A stretch of DNA of 64,000 nt from an uncultured Acidobacteriota bacterium (GCA_963843575.1 CAWJKZ010000010.1:256001-320000), one strand, 5' to 3'. Shown: positions 1-13,297, counted from the stretch's first letter. Numbers and translations: made by a program. Notes: generated by a model not told the origin, from the letters alone.

Positions 1-1735
1 TACTGCCGAACTTGCTGCCGGCGTAAGCGCCGTTGCGGTTTGAACCTGCCAGACCCGATTTCGAGTTGATCTGGATGATGTCGCTCCAGTACGACGGGCA
101 CGCGCGCCGCTGCCGCGCCATGACGGGGGCGGCCAGCTGGACGCACAGGAAAAAACCGCGGTAGTTCACGGAGGTGACGAGGTCGAATTCGTGCAGCGGC
201 TGGCTTTTAACGCTCCCCGCCAGGAGGACGCCGGCGTTGGATACGAGCAGGTCGATGCCGCCGTACCGGCGCACGTGCGCGTGCAGCGCGTCGGCGAGCG
301 AGTCGAGGCTGGTGACGTCGGCGTGCACTGCGGCAGCCTGCCCTTCGCCCCGTTCGGCGCAGATCGCCTCTGCCGCGCGCGAGGCCCCCTCGGCGTTCAG
401 ATCCGCCAGGGTGACGACGGCCCCGTCGCCCGCGAGGGCTTCCGCGATCTCCCTGCCGAAGCCCTGCGCCGCCCCGGTGACGAAGGCGACTCTGCCGCTC
501 ATGCGGCCCGCCGCGCGGGCAGACGCGATCCCGCGCCGATAGGCTTCCACCTCCCAGTGCTCGATGAAGCCGCGGTCCCGGGACGGCAGGGGTCGCGCCC
601 CCCCGAAGCTCCGCGCGCCCGCCGCGACCCGGACGGCGTCGAGGTAGCACAGCCGGACCGTGTCTGCGGCGGCAAAATCGCGCCCGGACGTGAACATGCC
701 CACGCCCGGAACCAGCACTACCAGGGGCGGGAAACCGGTCTCCCGGGTGTGCGACCGGACGGCGCCTGCGAGCCGCTCCAGCAGCGCCTCTTCCGGCTCG
801 CCGGCGGCCCCGGCATCGAATAACAACGGGAAGGAGTTGCAGTAGACGATCTGGTCGGGAGTGAACGGGCCGCCCCGGGCGAACGCGCGCCCCTCGTCGC
901 TCCCGGCATAGCCTAGGATCGTGGGCGAGTCGTCGAACGTCACGACGCGCAGCGCGTCCTCGTCCGCGAGCAACGCGCGCAGCGTGGGCGCGATCGCATC
1001 GATCAGGACGCGCGCCCGCCGCGGCTCGATCTGCGCAGCCGCGCCGAACGAGCCGCTTCCCGCCGCCGGCCCCACGGCCTTGGCGATCGCACCGGCGAGC
1101 CGGTCCGTGACGCTGCGCACCTCATCGGGCGTGTCGCCGCAGACGATCAGCCCGTGGTTCTGCATCAGGAGGGCCTGCGGGCAGGGTCGGCCGGTCCGTC
1201 GCGCGTAATCCCGCAGGGCAGCGGCCACGGATCGAGCCAGGACGTAGCCCGGGTCCACGTACGGCACCCAGAGGGCTTCGTCCCCGAACAGGCGCAGGGC
1301 CGCCGCTTCCCCCCCCACCGCACACGTGAGCCAATTCACCCGGGTGGCGTGCGTGTGGACCACGAAACGGCGCGGCAGCAGGTTGTGGAGCACGCATTCC
1401 ACCGAAGGACGCCGCCCCCGCTGCGGGTCCACCCGCGCGGCCAGGATCGCCTCTTTGAAGCGCTCCTCCCGCAGTCCTGGTTCGCCCCCCAGTTCCTCGA
1501 CGAGCAGCGCGTCCAGGGCGCCGCGACTGAGTTCGACGAAGTCGTCCGCCGCAATGGCCGCCAGCGCGACGCCGCTCGGCTTTACTAAAAGGGACTCGCC
1601 GACCTTGACCGAGGTGTTGCCCCCGCCGGCGATGACAAAATCGGGATTCGACCCGAAGAAGCGCGACAGCTTCACCAACTCGCCGAGCGGAGCCTCGCCC
1701 GGGACGAATTCGGGCCAGGGCATCGTTTGCGCCAT
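1..1735 (-). CDS. Bifunctional class II aldolase/adducin domain + SDR oxidoreductase (sorbitol-6-phosphate dehydrogenase-like); runs off the left end
   Basis: Manual translation from ATG 1735: ...VIAGGGNTSVK...VKPSG...FVVHTH...LLMQNHG (class II aldolase), then VAFVTGAAQGFG (Rossmann) and IIQINSKSGLAGSNRNGAYAGSKFG (SrlD-like YxxxK). The same frame is kept to position 1. Absent from the ORF track because its stop lies outside the window. Confidence 0.85.
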   Translation of the reverse strand, partial: MAQTMPWPEFVPGEAPLGELVKLSRFFGSNPDFVIAGGGNTSVKVGESLLVKPSGVALAAIAADDFVELSRGALDALLVEELGGEPGLREERFKEAILAARVDPQRGRRPSVECVLHNLLPRRFVVHTHATRVNWLTCAVGGEAAALRLFGDEALWVPYVDPGYVLARSVAAALRDYARRTGRPCPQALLMQNHGLIVCGDTPDEVRSVTDRLAGAIAKAVGPAAGSGSFGAAAQIEPRRARVLIDAIAPTLRALLADEDALRVVTFDDSPTILGYAGSDEGRAFARGGPFTPDQIVYCNSFPLLFDAGAAGEPEEALLERLAGAVRSHTRETGFPPLVVLVPGVGMFTSGRDFAAADTVRLCYLDAVRVAAGARSFGGARPLPSRDRGFIEHWEVEAYRRGIASARAAGRMSGRVAFVTGAAQGFGREIAEALAGDGAVVTLADLNAEGASRAAEAICAERGEGQAAAVHADVTSLDSLADALHAHVRRYGGIDLLVSNAGVLLAGSVKSQPLHEFDLVTSVNYRGFFLCVQLAAPVMARQRRACPSYWSDIIQINSKSGLAGSNRNGAYAGSKFGS

Positions 1736-1746
1736 CTCTGTCCTCC

Positions 1747-3006
1747 TCAGCCTATCCCGCAGGTTTGAGCGGAGAGCAAGGCCGCACCGAGCCGATGGAA
1801 ATAGCGTATCCGTGCTTCGCGGTCGGGAAACCCCGGGCTGAGCTTCCCCGTTCCATCGACGTAGCCGGACTCTCCCCGCAAGACCAGGAACTGGTGGGCG
1901 ACCGCGACGCAGGCCCCCTCGGCGAAAATGGTCTGCAACTCGGGCGCGATCGGGAGCCCGCCGGCACATGCCGGCGCCATCGGGGGCAACTCCGGCGTGT
2001 TGTGCTCGGTGCCGGCCGTCACCACGATACCCGCCTCGCGAAAGGCGCGCACGTAGCGCTCGAGCACCCCGGGGCCGTTGCGCAGCGGGATGAATTCCGC
2101 GCAGTGAATCCCGTTGCGGAGGAGGGTATCGATCAGCTTCTCCGGCGGGTCCTCATAGCCGCAGACCGGATGGGTGCCGTCGGCCAGCGTCGGGTAGCAC
2201 GGGATGCCGCCGAGCTCCAGCACGAGCCGGCACGCCTCTTCCACCGAAACGAAACACTCTTCCACGTAGGCCGGCTTCCCGGTCTTCATGAGGTGCGTCC
2301 TGAGCTCGTTCTGAACGCGCACGCGATCCTCGGGGGCAGCCCGGGACGTGACCCCCAGGATGCGCCCCAGCGCGGCGGCGCGCCCGGGCGCGGGGACCAG
2401 GCGGAACAGCTCCTCCTGGAACGCCCGGGCCACGTGGCGTTCCTGCAGCACAACGGTCTCCCGCCTGACGCCATGCCGCCGGACCACGCCGTCCGAGATC
2501 GCGGCGTCGTCGAGCGCCACGGGCAAGCCCGCCGACTGAAAACACCAAGACAGCCGCGCGACAACTTCCCGGATCCGCGCCGCATCCCTCTGCCGGATCA
2601 GGTCGAGCAAGGATTGGGCCCGCGGCGTCGGCTCCTCGAATTTCGTGATCCCCTTGCCGCAGAGGTAGATCTTGCCGGGGTTGCCGGGATCGTTGACCAG
2701 CACGCCGGCGTCCCGAAGCTGCGGGAGCAGGGCGATGATCTCCAGGCCGAAGACCGGGTAGACGCCCCGCCCCAGCGCCCGGGCGGCAAACGTCCCGTAC
2801 ATCGAATAGTCGTAGTAGTTGCTGGCGCCGAGGACGCGCACTCCCTGCGCGGCGGCCAGGTCCACCGCCTGTTCGAGGCTCTCGAAGGCCGAGAAGTTCG
2901 GCGGGAGATGGATGTGGGCGTTCGACAGGGGGATCCCGTCCCGTGCCGGGTCGAATCGGGTCGGCGACGGGTCGAGGTCGCGCAGGCGGCGAAGGGCTTC
3001 GTGCAT
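1747..3006 (-). CDS. PHP-fold metal-dependent phosphoesterase-like protein
   Basis: N-terminal NAHIH (HxH), GLEII, and C-terminal GTEHN resembling the PHP GSDxH motif; lies between E2 and the aldolase/SDR on the same strand. Confidence 0.65.
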   Translation of the reverse strand: MHEALRRLRDLDPSPTRFDPARDGIPLSNAHIHLPPNFSAFESLEQAVDLAAAQGVRVLGASNYYDYSMYGTFAARALGRGVYPVFGLEIIALLPQLRDAGVLVNDPGNPGKIYLCGKGITKFEEPTPRAQSLLDLIRQRDAARIREVVARLSWCFQSAGLPVALDDAAISDGVVRRHGVRRETVVLQERHVARAFQEELFRLVPAPGRAAALGRILGVTSRAAPEDRVRVQNELRTHLMKTGKPAYVEECFVSVEEACRLVLELGGIPCYPTLADGTHPVCGYEDPPEKLIDTLLRNGIHCAEFIPLRNGPGVLERYVRAFREAGIVVTAGTEHNTPELPPMAPACAGGLPIAPELQTIFAEGACVAVAHQFLVLRGESGYVDGTGKLSPGFPDREARIRYFHRLGAALLSAQTCGIG

Positions 3007-3025
3007 GCGGCAAACCCGAGACAAG

Positions 3026-4195
3026 TCAGAGCAGCTGTTCGGGCGCTTCGAGCAGCTGCCTGAGCGAAGTGAGAAAGCGCGCCGCCATCAAACCGTCGAT
3101 GAGGCGGTGGTCCGCGCTGAGCGTCATGGTCATGACCCGGGCCGGCCGGATCCCTGCGTCGCGGACCACCACCGACTCGCGCATGGCCCCCACGGCCAGA
3201 ATCGCCGATTCGGGCGGGTTGATGATGGCCGTGAATTCCTCGATTCCGAACGAGCCGAGGTTGGACACGGTGAACACCCCGCGCCCCATGGCCACCACCT
3301 TCCCCTTGCGCGCCGCCTCCACGACCCGCTGCGTTTCGCCCGCCAGCTGGGCCAGCGACAGGCTGTCTGCGCCCAGAACCACCGGGACGACGAGCCCCTC
3401 CTCCACCGCCACCGCCACCCCGATCGAGGCGGCCGGGTACTCCACCACCTGGTCGTCCTCGACGCGGCTGCGGAACGCCGGGAAATCGCGGATTACCCGG
3501 GCGCAGGCCAAAGTCACGATATCATTAATGGTGCACGCGCACTTCGCCTTTTGCTCCCGGTAAAACACGTGGAGCGGGCCGGCATCGATCGTCAGTCGCG
3601 CGTAAAAGTGTGGTATCGACTGTTTCGAAGCGGTCATGCTCCGGGCGATAGCCCGCCGCATGCCCGCCAGCGGGCGCGCCGTCGCCCCTTCGGCCACGGC
3701 CGGAGCAGGAATCGGAGTCGGCGCAGGATCCGGAACACGAGCAGGACCAGGAGTCGGCGCCGGTTGCGCGGCCGCGGCCGCGGCCACGTCCGTCGACAGG
3801 ATCCGCCCGCCCGGCCCGCTCCCCGGCCCGAGCGAAGAGAGGCGGACCCCCAGCCGCGCCGCAGCGCCCCGCGCCGCCGGCGAAGCCTTGGTCCGCTCCG
3901 CGGGATCCGGCGCGGCCGGCCCTGTACCTGCCGCGGCCAGCTCCGCCGCGATGTCGTCGTCGGCCCCAGCAATGATGGCTATCGGCTGCAGCACCGCCAC
4001 CGTCTCCCCCTCGGCGTGAAGGATCTTCCGCAGTACCCCCGATTCAGGCGCTTCGACTTCCACGGTGGCCTTGTCCGTGTCGATCTCCAGCAGGATTTCG
4101 CCCTTCTCGACGGGCTCGCCTTCCCGCTTGCGCCACCTCACGATGGTCCCCTCCTCCATCGACTGCCCCGCTTTAGGCATCGTGACCCTGATCAT
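3026..4195 (-). CDS. Dihydrolipoamide acyltransferase (E2) of a 2-oxoacid dehydrogenase-type complex
   Basis: Lipoyl motif EIDTDKATVEV, peripheral-subunit-binding domain ASPAAR...GSGPGGRI, catalytic SADHRLIDG; GGAGG RBS upstream of ATG 4195. Confidence 0.95.
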   Translation of the reverse strand: MIRVTMPKAGQSMEEGTIVRWRKREGEPVEKGEILLEIDTDKATVEVEAPESGVLRKILHAEGETVAVLQPIAIIAGADDDIAAELAAAGTGPAAPDPAERTKASPAARGAAARLGVRLSSLGPGSGPGGRILSTDVAAAAAAQPAPTPGPARVPDPAPTPIPAPAVAEGATARPLAGMRRAIARSMTASKQSIPHFYARLTIDAGPLHVFYREQKAKCACTINDIVTLACARVIRDFPAFRSRVEDDQVVEYPAASIGVAVAVEEGLVVPVVLGADSLSLAQLAGETQRVVEAARKGKVVAMGRGVFTVSNLGSFGIEEFTAIINPPESAILAVGAMRESVVVRDAGIRPARVMTMTLSADHRLIDGLMAARFLTSLRQLLEAPEQLL

Positions 4196-4213
4196 GAAGG
4201 CCTCCGGCAATAC

Positions 4214-4237
4214 GTAGGTCCGGGCTTCAGCCCGGAC
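4214..4237. repeat. GTAG-type REP-like palindrome
   Basis: GTAG-GTCCGGGC-TTCA-GCCCGGAC: perfect 8-bp stem preceded by the GTAG tetranucleotide typical of REPs. Confidence 0.55.
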
Positions 4238-4309
4238 GTCTTTTGATCTGCCCTATCTAGTGAAGTTAGCATTCAATGGCCCGCAAACTGCATCCGGCCT
4301 GGAGCCCGA

Positions 4310-4411
4310 ACCCACATGCTCTTTAATGATGCACATTTGAACATAATACTGCAACAATGTGTACACTTTTTTGTTGATTCTATGTCGTATTGTGAGCGAT
4401 TCTGATCTTCT
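4310..4411. promoter_or_regulatory. AT-rich divergent promoter region with repeated ACAT/ATGT half-sites (candidate DeoR operators)
   Basis: AT-rich island between divergent E2 and DeoR genes; GCACAT-tt-GAACAT direct repeat and ATGT copies resemble GlpR-type half-sites. Confidence 0.4.
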
Positions 4412-5222
4412 ATGAGCACGGGCACGGACCGAAGACGCGACTTCATTCTGCGCCAGATCCTGGATCATGGGAGGGTGGAGGTGAAGACGCTGGCGCAGGC
4501 GATGGCGGTGTCGGACGCCACGGTGCGGCGCGACCTGCGTTCGCTGGCCGATCTGGCTCAGGTCGAGCTGGTGTATGGCGGGGCGACGCTGCCGCGCGCC
4601 ACCGATTTCTCGTTTCGCTCCAAGGCGATGCGCAACGTGGAAGCCAAGCGGGTGATCGGGGAACTGGCGGCCGGGCTGGTCCCGGACAACGACCAGATCT
4701 TCGTCGATTCGGGCACGACTTGTTTCGAGATGTGCCGTCACCTGAGGCGGCGCCGCGGGTTGCGGGTGATCGTCAACTCGGCGCGGCTGGCGTTTGAGCT
4801 CGGCAACGGCGAGATCGGGGTGATCCTCATCGGGGGTGCGTACCGCCCGGAGCGCATGGACTCGGTCGGGCCGCTGGCGACCACGACGATCGAGCAGCTG
4901 CGCGGCTACGTGGCGTTTGTCGGGGCCGACGGGCTGAGCCGGGATTTCGGCGTGAGCGCCAGCGACATCGAGAGCGCGCACCTGTACCGGCAGGCGATCC
5001 GCAACGCGCGCGAGACGATCCTGCTCGTGGACCACACCAAGCTGATGGCCCCGTCGCTGTTCAAGATCTGCGAGTTGGACGACATCTCGCGCATCGTCAC
5101 GGACCAGAAACCGGACGCGGAGTGGCAGGAGTTCCTGGCGGCGCGGGGGATCGAAGTGATTTTCCCGGGAGACCGACCCCGGGCAGCCCGTCGAGTGACG
5201 GGCACCGCCCCTGGAGAGATCG

Positions 5223-5251
<29 letters not shown>
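4412..5251 (+). CDS. DeoR/GlpR family transcriptional regulator
   Basis: wHTH VSDATVRRDL, IFVDSGTT, sensor domain LLVDHTKL. Confidence 0.95.
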
Positions 5252-7724
<2,473 letters not shown>

Positions 7725-7839
7725 CCGGGATCCTCGAGTTCTTCGAGGCGTCGGGGTGAGTGCGCTGCTTACCTCCAGGCTCGAGGAATTCGAGGAATCG
7801 CCAACAGCCGCACCGGGGACAGTTCGCGGGCGCGCGGCG

Positions 7840-9207
7840 TCACGAGCCCGCGATGAACTGTTCGACCTTCTCGCGGCAGATGTTGTCGGGATACTGCTCC
7901 GGCGGCGACTTCATGAAGTACGAGGACGGGGCGAGCAGCGGGCCGCCGATTTTCCTGTCCAGGGCAAGCTTGGCGCACCGGATCGCGTCGATCACGACGC
8001 CGGCCGAGTTGGGGCTGTCCCACACCTCGAGCTTCACCTCCACGTTCAGCGGCACGTCGCCGAAGGTCGTCCCCTCCATCCGGATGTGGCAGAACTTGCG
8101 GTCCTTCAGCCACGGCACGTAGTCCGACGGCCCGACGTGTACGTCGTCGGCGGGCAGGGCGTAGTCGAGCTGAGAGGTGACGGCGCTCGTCTTGGAGATC
8201 TTCTTGGATTCGAGCCGCTCGCGCTCGAGCATGTTCAGGAAGTCCGTGTTGCCGCCGAAGTTGAGCTGGTAGGTCCGGTCCAGCCGCACGCCGCGCTCCC
8301 GGAACAGCCGCGTCAGGACGCGGTGCACGATCGTGGCCCCGACCTGCGACTTGATGTCGTCGCCGATGAGCGGGAGCCCGGCCTCCTGGAAACGCCGCGG
8401 CCAGTAGTGATACTGGTCGCGCGCGATGAAGACCGGTATGCAGTTGACGAAACCGCACCCGGCCGCGAGCACCTGCTCGACGTACCACTTGGTGGCCTCC
8501 TCCGACCCGACGGGCAGGTAGTTGACCACGACGTCCGTCTTGCTCTCGCGCAGCAGCTTCACGATGTCCTCGGTGCCCCCCTCGGACTTCTTGATGATCT
8601 TCGACAGGTATTTCCCGAGGCCGTCGTGGGTCATGCCGCGCGCCACCCGCACCCCGAGGTGCGGCACGTCGCAGAACTTGAAGGTGTTGTTCGGGGAGGT
8701 GAAGATCGCCTCCGAGAGGTCCTTGCCGACCTTGTTGGCGTCGATGTCGATCGCCGCGACGAACTTGATGTCGCCGACGTGGTAGCCGCCGAGGTTGACG
8801 TGCATCAGGCCGGGAACGAACCGGTCTTCCGGCGCCTCCCGGTAGAACTGCACGCCCTGGACCAGGGACGAGGCGCAGTTCCCCACCCCAACGATCGCCA
8901 CCTTGATCTTTTGCCCGGCGCTCCCCTTTCCCTGCCTCGGCGCGGCGGCCCCGGCCCTCTTGCTGCCCTTCTTCTCGCCCATGGCTCCCTTCCTTCCTCG
9001 AGCCGGAAACAGCAACTCCTCCGGCATTCCCATAACCTCGCAGACCGCCTCGACAAACTCGCGGTTCGGCAGCTTCACCCCCGCCTTGATCTGCGACAGA
9101 TAACTCTCGCTCACCCGGTAGCCTCGCTCCGCGAGCGCGGAGAGCAACCACCGCTGTTTTTGTCCCCGCTCGTCGAGGACCTCGAAAAGCCTGGTACTTG
9201 CAGCCAT
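7840..9207 (-). CDS. ino1: Inositol-3-phosphate synthase with an in-frame N-terminal XRE-type HTH (internal start at 8982)
   Basis: [58 protein letters not shown]. The upstream 75 codons read as an HTH ([11 protein letters not shown]...[14 protein letters not shown]...LF). Confidence 0.9.
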   Translation of the reverse strand: MAASTRLFEVLDERGQKQRWLLSALAERGYRVSESYLSQIKAGVKLPNREFVEAVCEVMGMPEELLFPARGRKGAMGEKKGSKRAGAAAPRQGKGSAGQKIKVAIVGVGNCASSLVQGVQFYREAPEDRFVPGLMHVNLGGYHVGDIKFVAAIDIDANKVGKDLSEAIFTSPNNTFKFCDVPHLGVRVARGMTHDGLGKYLSKIIKKSEGGTEDIVKLLRESKTDVVVNYLPVGSEEATKWYVEQVLAAGCGFVNCIPVFIARDQYHYWPRRFQEAGLPLIGDDIKSQVGATIVHRVLTRLFRERGVRLDRTYQLNFGGNTDFLNMLERERLESKKISKTSAVTSQLDYALPADDVHVGPSDYVPWLKDRKFCHIRMEGTTFGDVPLNVEVKLEVWDSPNSAGVVIDAIRCAKLALDRKIGGPLLAPSSYFMKSPPEQYPDNICREKVEQFIAGS

Positions 9208-9266
9208 CGTCAGCTTCGGCTCCCGGTTAAGTTTCCTGTACTGTAAAGCCGGCAGCAAACCAGATC

Positions 9267-9281
9267 AAGTTAAGATAACTT
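9267..9281. promoter_or_regulatory. Palindrome AAGTTA-aga-TAACTT upstream of HTH-ino1, candidate operator
   Basis: Perfect 6-3-6 AT-rich inverted repeat 60 bp upstream of the HTH start in otherwise GC-rich DNA. Confidence 0.4.
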
Positions 9282-9335
9282 TCCCAGTGGGAGTCCTGCG
9301 TCACGCGTGGTGGCCCTGGAAGGGATGCCGCACAG

Positions 9336-10797
9336 TCAGGGTTCCGCGAACAGGGCCAGTTCGGAGAGGGCCGGGCAGACGGGGGCCTCGGTGATGCGCA
9401 GCCGGAGGCGTCCGGTGGTTACCGGCGCCGCGGTGCGCACCAGCCGCTGGCTGCCGATCGAGGTGCCGCGGGCGAACTCGTGCCAGGCCCCGCCCTCCCA
9501 GGCATCGAGCGCGAAGGCGTCGACGCGCTGGCCCAGCGGGAGGTATTCCTTCAGGCGGACGAGGTTGAACCGGACCGGCGCCGGGAAATCGAGCACGATC
9601 TCGGGGGTGGTCACGGCGTCGTCGGTCGACCAGTAGGTCTCGCGTTTCCCGTCGATGGCCTTATCGGGCGCGAAGCGCGCGTCCCCGGCGCGCGTGTTCC
9701 CGGAGCTCGCCCTTGCCCCGCGCGCCAGGTCGCGGGCGAAGGTCGCGTCCAGGATGCGGCGCCACTCCCTGAGGCTCTGCGCGTCGCGCTCGTGGATGCG
9801 TCCGCGGCGGTCGGGCGGCACGTTGAGGATCAGGTTGCAGCCGCGCCCCACCGACTGGTAGTAGATCGCGAGCAGCTGGGCGGGCGTCTTGACCGACGCG
9901 TCTTCCGCAGCGTGGTAGAACCAGCCCGGGCGGATCGAGACGTCCACCTCGGCGGGGAGCCACGCGGCGCCGTTGCGGTCGCCGCGGTTCAGGCGGGCCG
10001 GATCGGCCCCGCCCGGGAACATGCCCTCCGGGTCGATCGCCCCCCAGCACGGGTCGCCCGCGATCCCCTTCTCGTTGCCCGACCCAGCGGACGTCCGGGC
10101 CGGCGTCGCTGAACATGCAGGCCTCGGGCTGGAGGGCCCGGACGATGCTCCAGGTGTTCGCCCAGTCGTAGTAGCTCCGGTTGTCGATGTTCCGCTTCTC
10201 GCGCGCACCGCCGTAGTATCCGTCACCCCCGTTGGCCCCGTCGAACCAGACCTCGAACAGCGGGCCGTAGCCGCCGAGCAGCTCGCGCAGCTGGTCGCGG
10301 TAATACGCGAGGTATTCGGGCCGGCCGTAGCCGGGGTGGTTGCGGTCCCAGGGCGACAGGTAGATGCCGAAGCCCATCCCGGCTCGGCGGCAGGCTTCGG
10401 ACAGCTCGCGCACGACGTCGCCAGCGCCCTTGCGCCAGGGACTGCTGCGCACCGAGTGCTCGGTGTAGCGGCTGGGCCAGAGGCAGAAGCCGTCGTGGTG
10501 CTTCGCGGTGAGGACGAGTCCCTTCATGCCGCCGTCCTTCAACGCTCCCACGATCTGCTGAGCGTCGAACTCGGTTGGGTTGAAAATGGATGGGGATTCG
10601 TCACCGTACCCCCACTCCTTGTCCGTGAACGTGTTGACGCTGAAATGGACGAAGCCGTAGACCTCCAGATCGTGCCAGCGGAGCTGCCTGGGCGAGGGGA
10701 CGGCGCCGTACGGTGCGGGCGCGGAGGATTGCGGCGATCCCAGGCCAATCCAGAAGAGCACGAGCGACAGGGCTGTGGCAGGCAAACGGGCCATCAT
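9336..10797 (-). CDS. Alpha-L-fucosidase (GH29) with C-terminal F5/8-type module; frameshift near 10080
   Basis: Signal peptide, FVHFSVNTFTDKEWGYG, LTAKHHDGFCLWPS, EVWFDGA, then DVSIRPGWFYH and SVGRG...LNVPP in the second frame. Confidence 0.92.
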
Positions 10798-10983
10798 TTC
10801 CCTCCTCCCAACGGGATGTCGGGGACGGCCGGCACCGGTTCTGCGGAGCAGTGTAACAGAAACGAAATGGAGCGGCGCGCACGGTATTTAGCCCTTCCGA
10901 GGCCTGGAATTTTGATACAGTTAGGGTTTGCGGCCTGATTTGGCATCTTTACACGCCTTTTTTTGAAAGGAGACTCGATATCT

Positions 10984-12267
10984 ATGGAACAACATGACGG
11001 CAAAGTGGGACGCCGCGCGTTCCTGGGAACCGCGGCGGCCGCGGCGGGCGTAATGTTCATCAAGCCCGAGCTGGTGCGCGGCACGGCGGCGAACTCCGCG
11101 GTGGCGCTTGGCGTCCTGGGGTGCGGCGGGCGCGGGACCGCGGTAGGGACGGGCTTCGTCGAAAATACGTCGGCCGTGGTGGTGGCGCTGGCCGATCTTT
11201 TCCCCGACAGGATTGAAGAAGGGCTGAAGACCTTCAACGCCAAGCTGCAGGCCAAGGGGAAGCCTGCCATCGCGAACTCCGAGCTCTACAAGGGACCCAA
11301 GGCGTACGAGGGGATTCTCGCTTCCAAGGCGGTCGACGCGATCCTGGTTTCGACCCCGCCCTACTTCCATCCCCGGCACTTCGAACTGGCGGTCGCCGCG
11401 GGCAAGCACGTTTATTGCGAAAAGCCCGTGGGCGTCGATGTTCCAGGTGCCCTGAAGGTCGTCGAGATCGGCAAGAAGGCCGAGGGGAAACAGAGCATGG
11501 CGGTCGGGTTTCAGATCCGCAAGGCCCCCCCTTATGTCGAGCTCGCGCGCCGCATCCAGGGCGGGGCGCTCGGCACGATCGGCTGCGGGCTGGCCTATTA
11601 CTACTGTCCGCACATCGACCGGCCCGACTGGCCGAAAGCCTCGGCGGACGAGAAGCGGCTGCGCAACTGGGTCTGGTACCGTTCGCTGTCGGGTGACATC
11701 ATCGTCGAGCAGAACGTGCACGTCATCGACATCTGCAACTGGATCATGAAGACTCACCCGGTCAAGGCGGTCGGCTCCGGCAGCCGCAAGCTGCGGCAGG
11801 ACACCGGCGACTGCTACGACAATTTCAACCTCGTCTTCACCTACCCTAACGACATCCAGGTGAGCTTCGGCTCCACGCAGTTCGACAAGCACGCGTTCGA
11901 CGCCGCCGTGCGCTTCTTCGGGACGCGGGGCAGCTGCGAGGCCCACTACGACCACCGGATGAGCATCTCGGGCGAAGAGCCGTGGGATGCGGGTCTGGGA
12001 TCGAACCAGGCGGGCGGCCAGTTCTCCGCCTCCGGAACCTTCGCCGGCGCGCTCGACCAGGCCGACTCGGAGAAGCAGAAGTCGTTCGTCGAAAGCATCA
12101 CGAGCGGCAAGTTCGTCAACGAGACCGCGCAGGGCGCCGATACGGCGATGTCCTGCATGCTCGGCAGGAACGCCGCCTACAGCGGCAAGGCGATCACGTG
12201 GGACGAGCTCCTGAAGTCGAAGGAAGTCTACGACCCCAAACTCGACCTCAACAAATTCGCCACATAG
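10984..12267 (+). CDS. Tat-exported Gfo/Idh/MocA family oxidoreductase
   Basis: GRRAFL twin-arginine signal, GCGGRG, YCEKP, EQNVH. Confidence 0.92.
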   Translation: MEQHDGKVGRRAFLGTAAAAAGVMFIKPELVRGTAANSAVALGVLGCGGRGTAVGTGFVENTSAVVVALADLFPDRIEEGLKTFNAKLQAKGKPAIANSELYKGPKAYEGILASKAVDAILVSTPPYFHPRHFELAVAAGKHVYCEKPVGVDVPGALKVVEIGKKAEGKQSMAVGFQIRKAPPYVELARRIQGGALGTIGCGLAYYYCPHIDRPDWPKASADEKRLRNWVWYRSLSGDIIVEQNVHVIDICNWIMKTHPVKAVGSGSRKLRQDTGDCYDNFNLVFTYPNDIQVSFGSTQFDKHAFDAAVRFFGTRGSCEAHYDHRMSISGEEPWDAGLGSNQAGGQFSASGTFAGALDQADSEKQKSFVESITSGKFVNETAQGADTAMSCMLGRNAAYSGKAITWDELLKSKEVYDPKLDLNKFAT

Positions 12268-12337
12268 ACGTGCCCGGTCGCGCCCGCGGGCTGCTGCGAC
12301 GGCCCGCGGGCCCCCGTCCGGCACCAAGGAGGAAACG

Positions 12338-13247
12338 ATGAGCTCGGAAGCGACACGTCGGGATTTTCTGAAGGCCTCGTTGGGCGCGGCAGCGCTGGCC
12401 AGCCTGGCGGCGCCCGCCGATGACGGCGCTTCAGGCGCCGAAGGGCAAGCTGCTGAAGGGTGTGGTCTGGGGCATGCTGCCGGAGAAGAGCAGCATCGCG
12501 GACAGGTTCAAGATGGCGGCCGACGCCGGCTTCGAGGTTGTCGAGGCCTACACCACACCAGATCAGCGCACGGCGGAGGAGATCAAAAAGGGAGCCGATG
12601 ACGCCAAAATCCGGATCACCTCCGTGATGAACCAGGCGCACTGGGAGTTCCCGCTCTCCTCGAGCGATCCCGCCGTCATCCAGAAGAGCCTGGAGGGGAT
12701 GCGGACCTCGATCCGCAACGCCAAGCTGTGGGGAGCCGACGCGGTGCTGCTGGTCCCGGGGGTCGTCAACCCCCAGACCCGCTACCAGGAGGCTTGGGAC
12801 CGTTCGCAGAAACACATCCGCGAACTGATCCCGTTCGCCGCTGAGAACAAGGTCATCATCGCGGTCGAGGAAGTCTGGAACAAATTCCTGATCAGCCCCA
12901 TCGAGTTCGCCAGCTACGTCGACAGCTTCAAGAGCCCCTGGGTCCGGGCCTACTTCGACGTCGGCAACGTCCTGCTCTTCGGCTACTCGCAGGACTGGAT
13001 CCGGACCCTCGGGAAACGGATCGTGAAGGTGCACCTGAAAGACTTCAAGGTGACTTCCAAGGGCTTCAGCCCGTTCACGGCGGAGTTCGTAAACCTGGGC
13101 GAAGGGGATGTCCCGTGGCCGGAAATCCGCAAGGCGCTGACCGAGATCGGCTACTCGGGGACCGTCACGGCGGAACTCGACGAGGGGGACCTCGGCTACC
13201 TCACGGATGTCCGGAAGCGCATCGACAGGCTGGTCCTGGGGGTGTAG
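12338..13247 (+). CDS. Tat-exported sugar-phosphate isomerase/epimerase (xylose-isomerase-like TIM barrel); frameshift near 12420
   Basis: TRRDFLK signal in one frame; IAVEEVWNKFL, YFDVGN, VHLKDF, GEGDVPW in the next. Confidence 0.88.
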
Positions 13248-13297
13248 GACCGTTCACCCGGCCCTCGAACCGTGTATGCCGAGGGGTACCAACCAGG

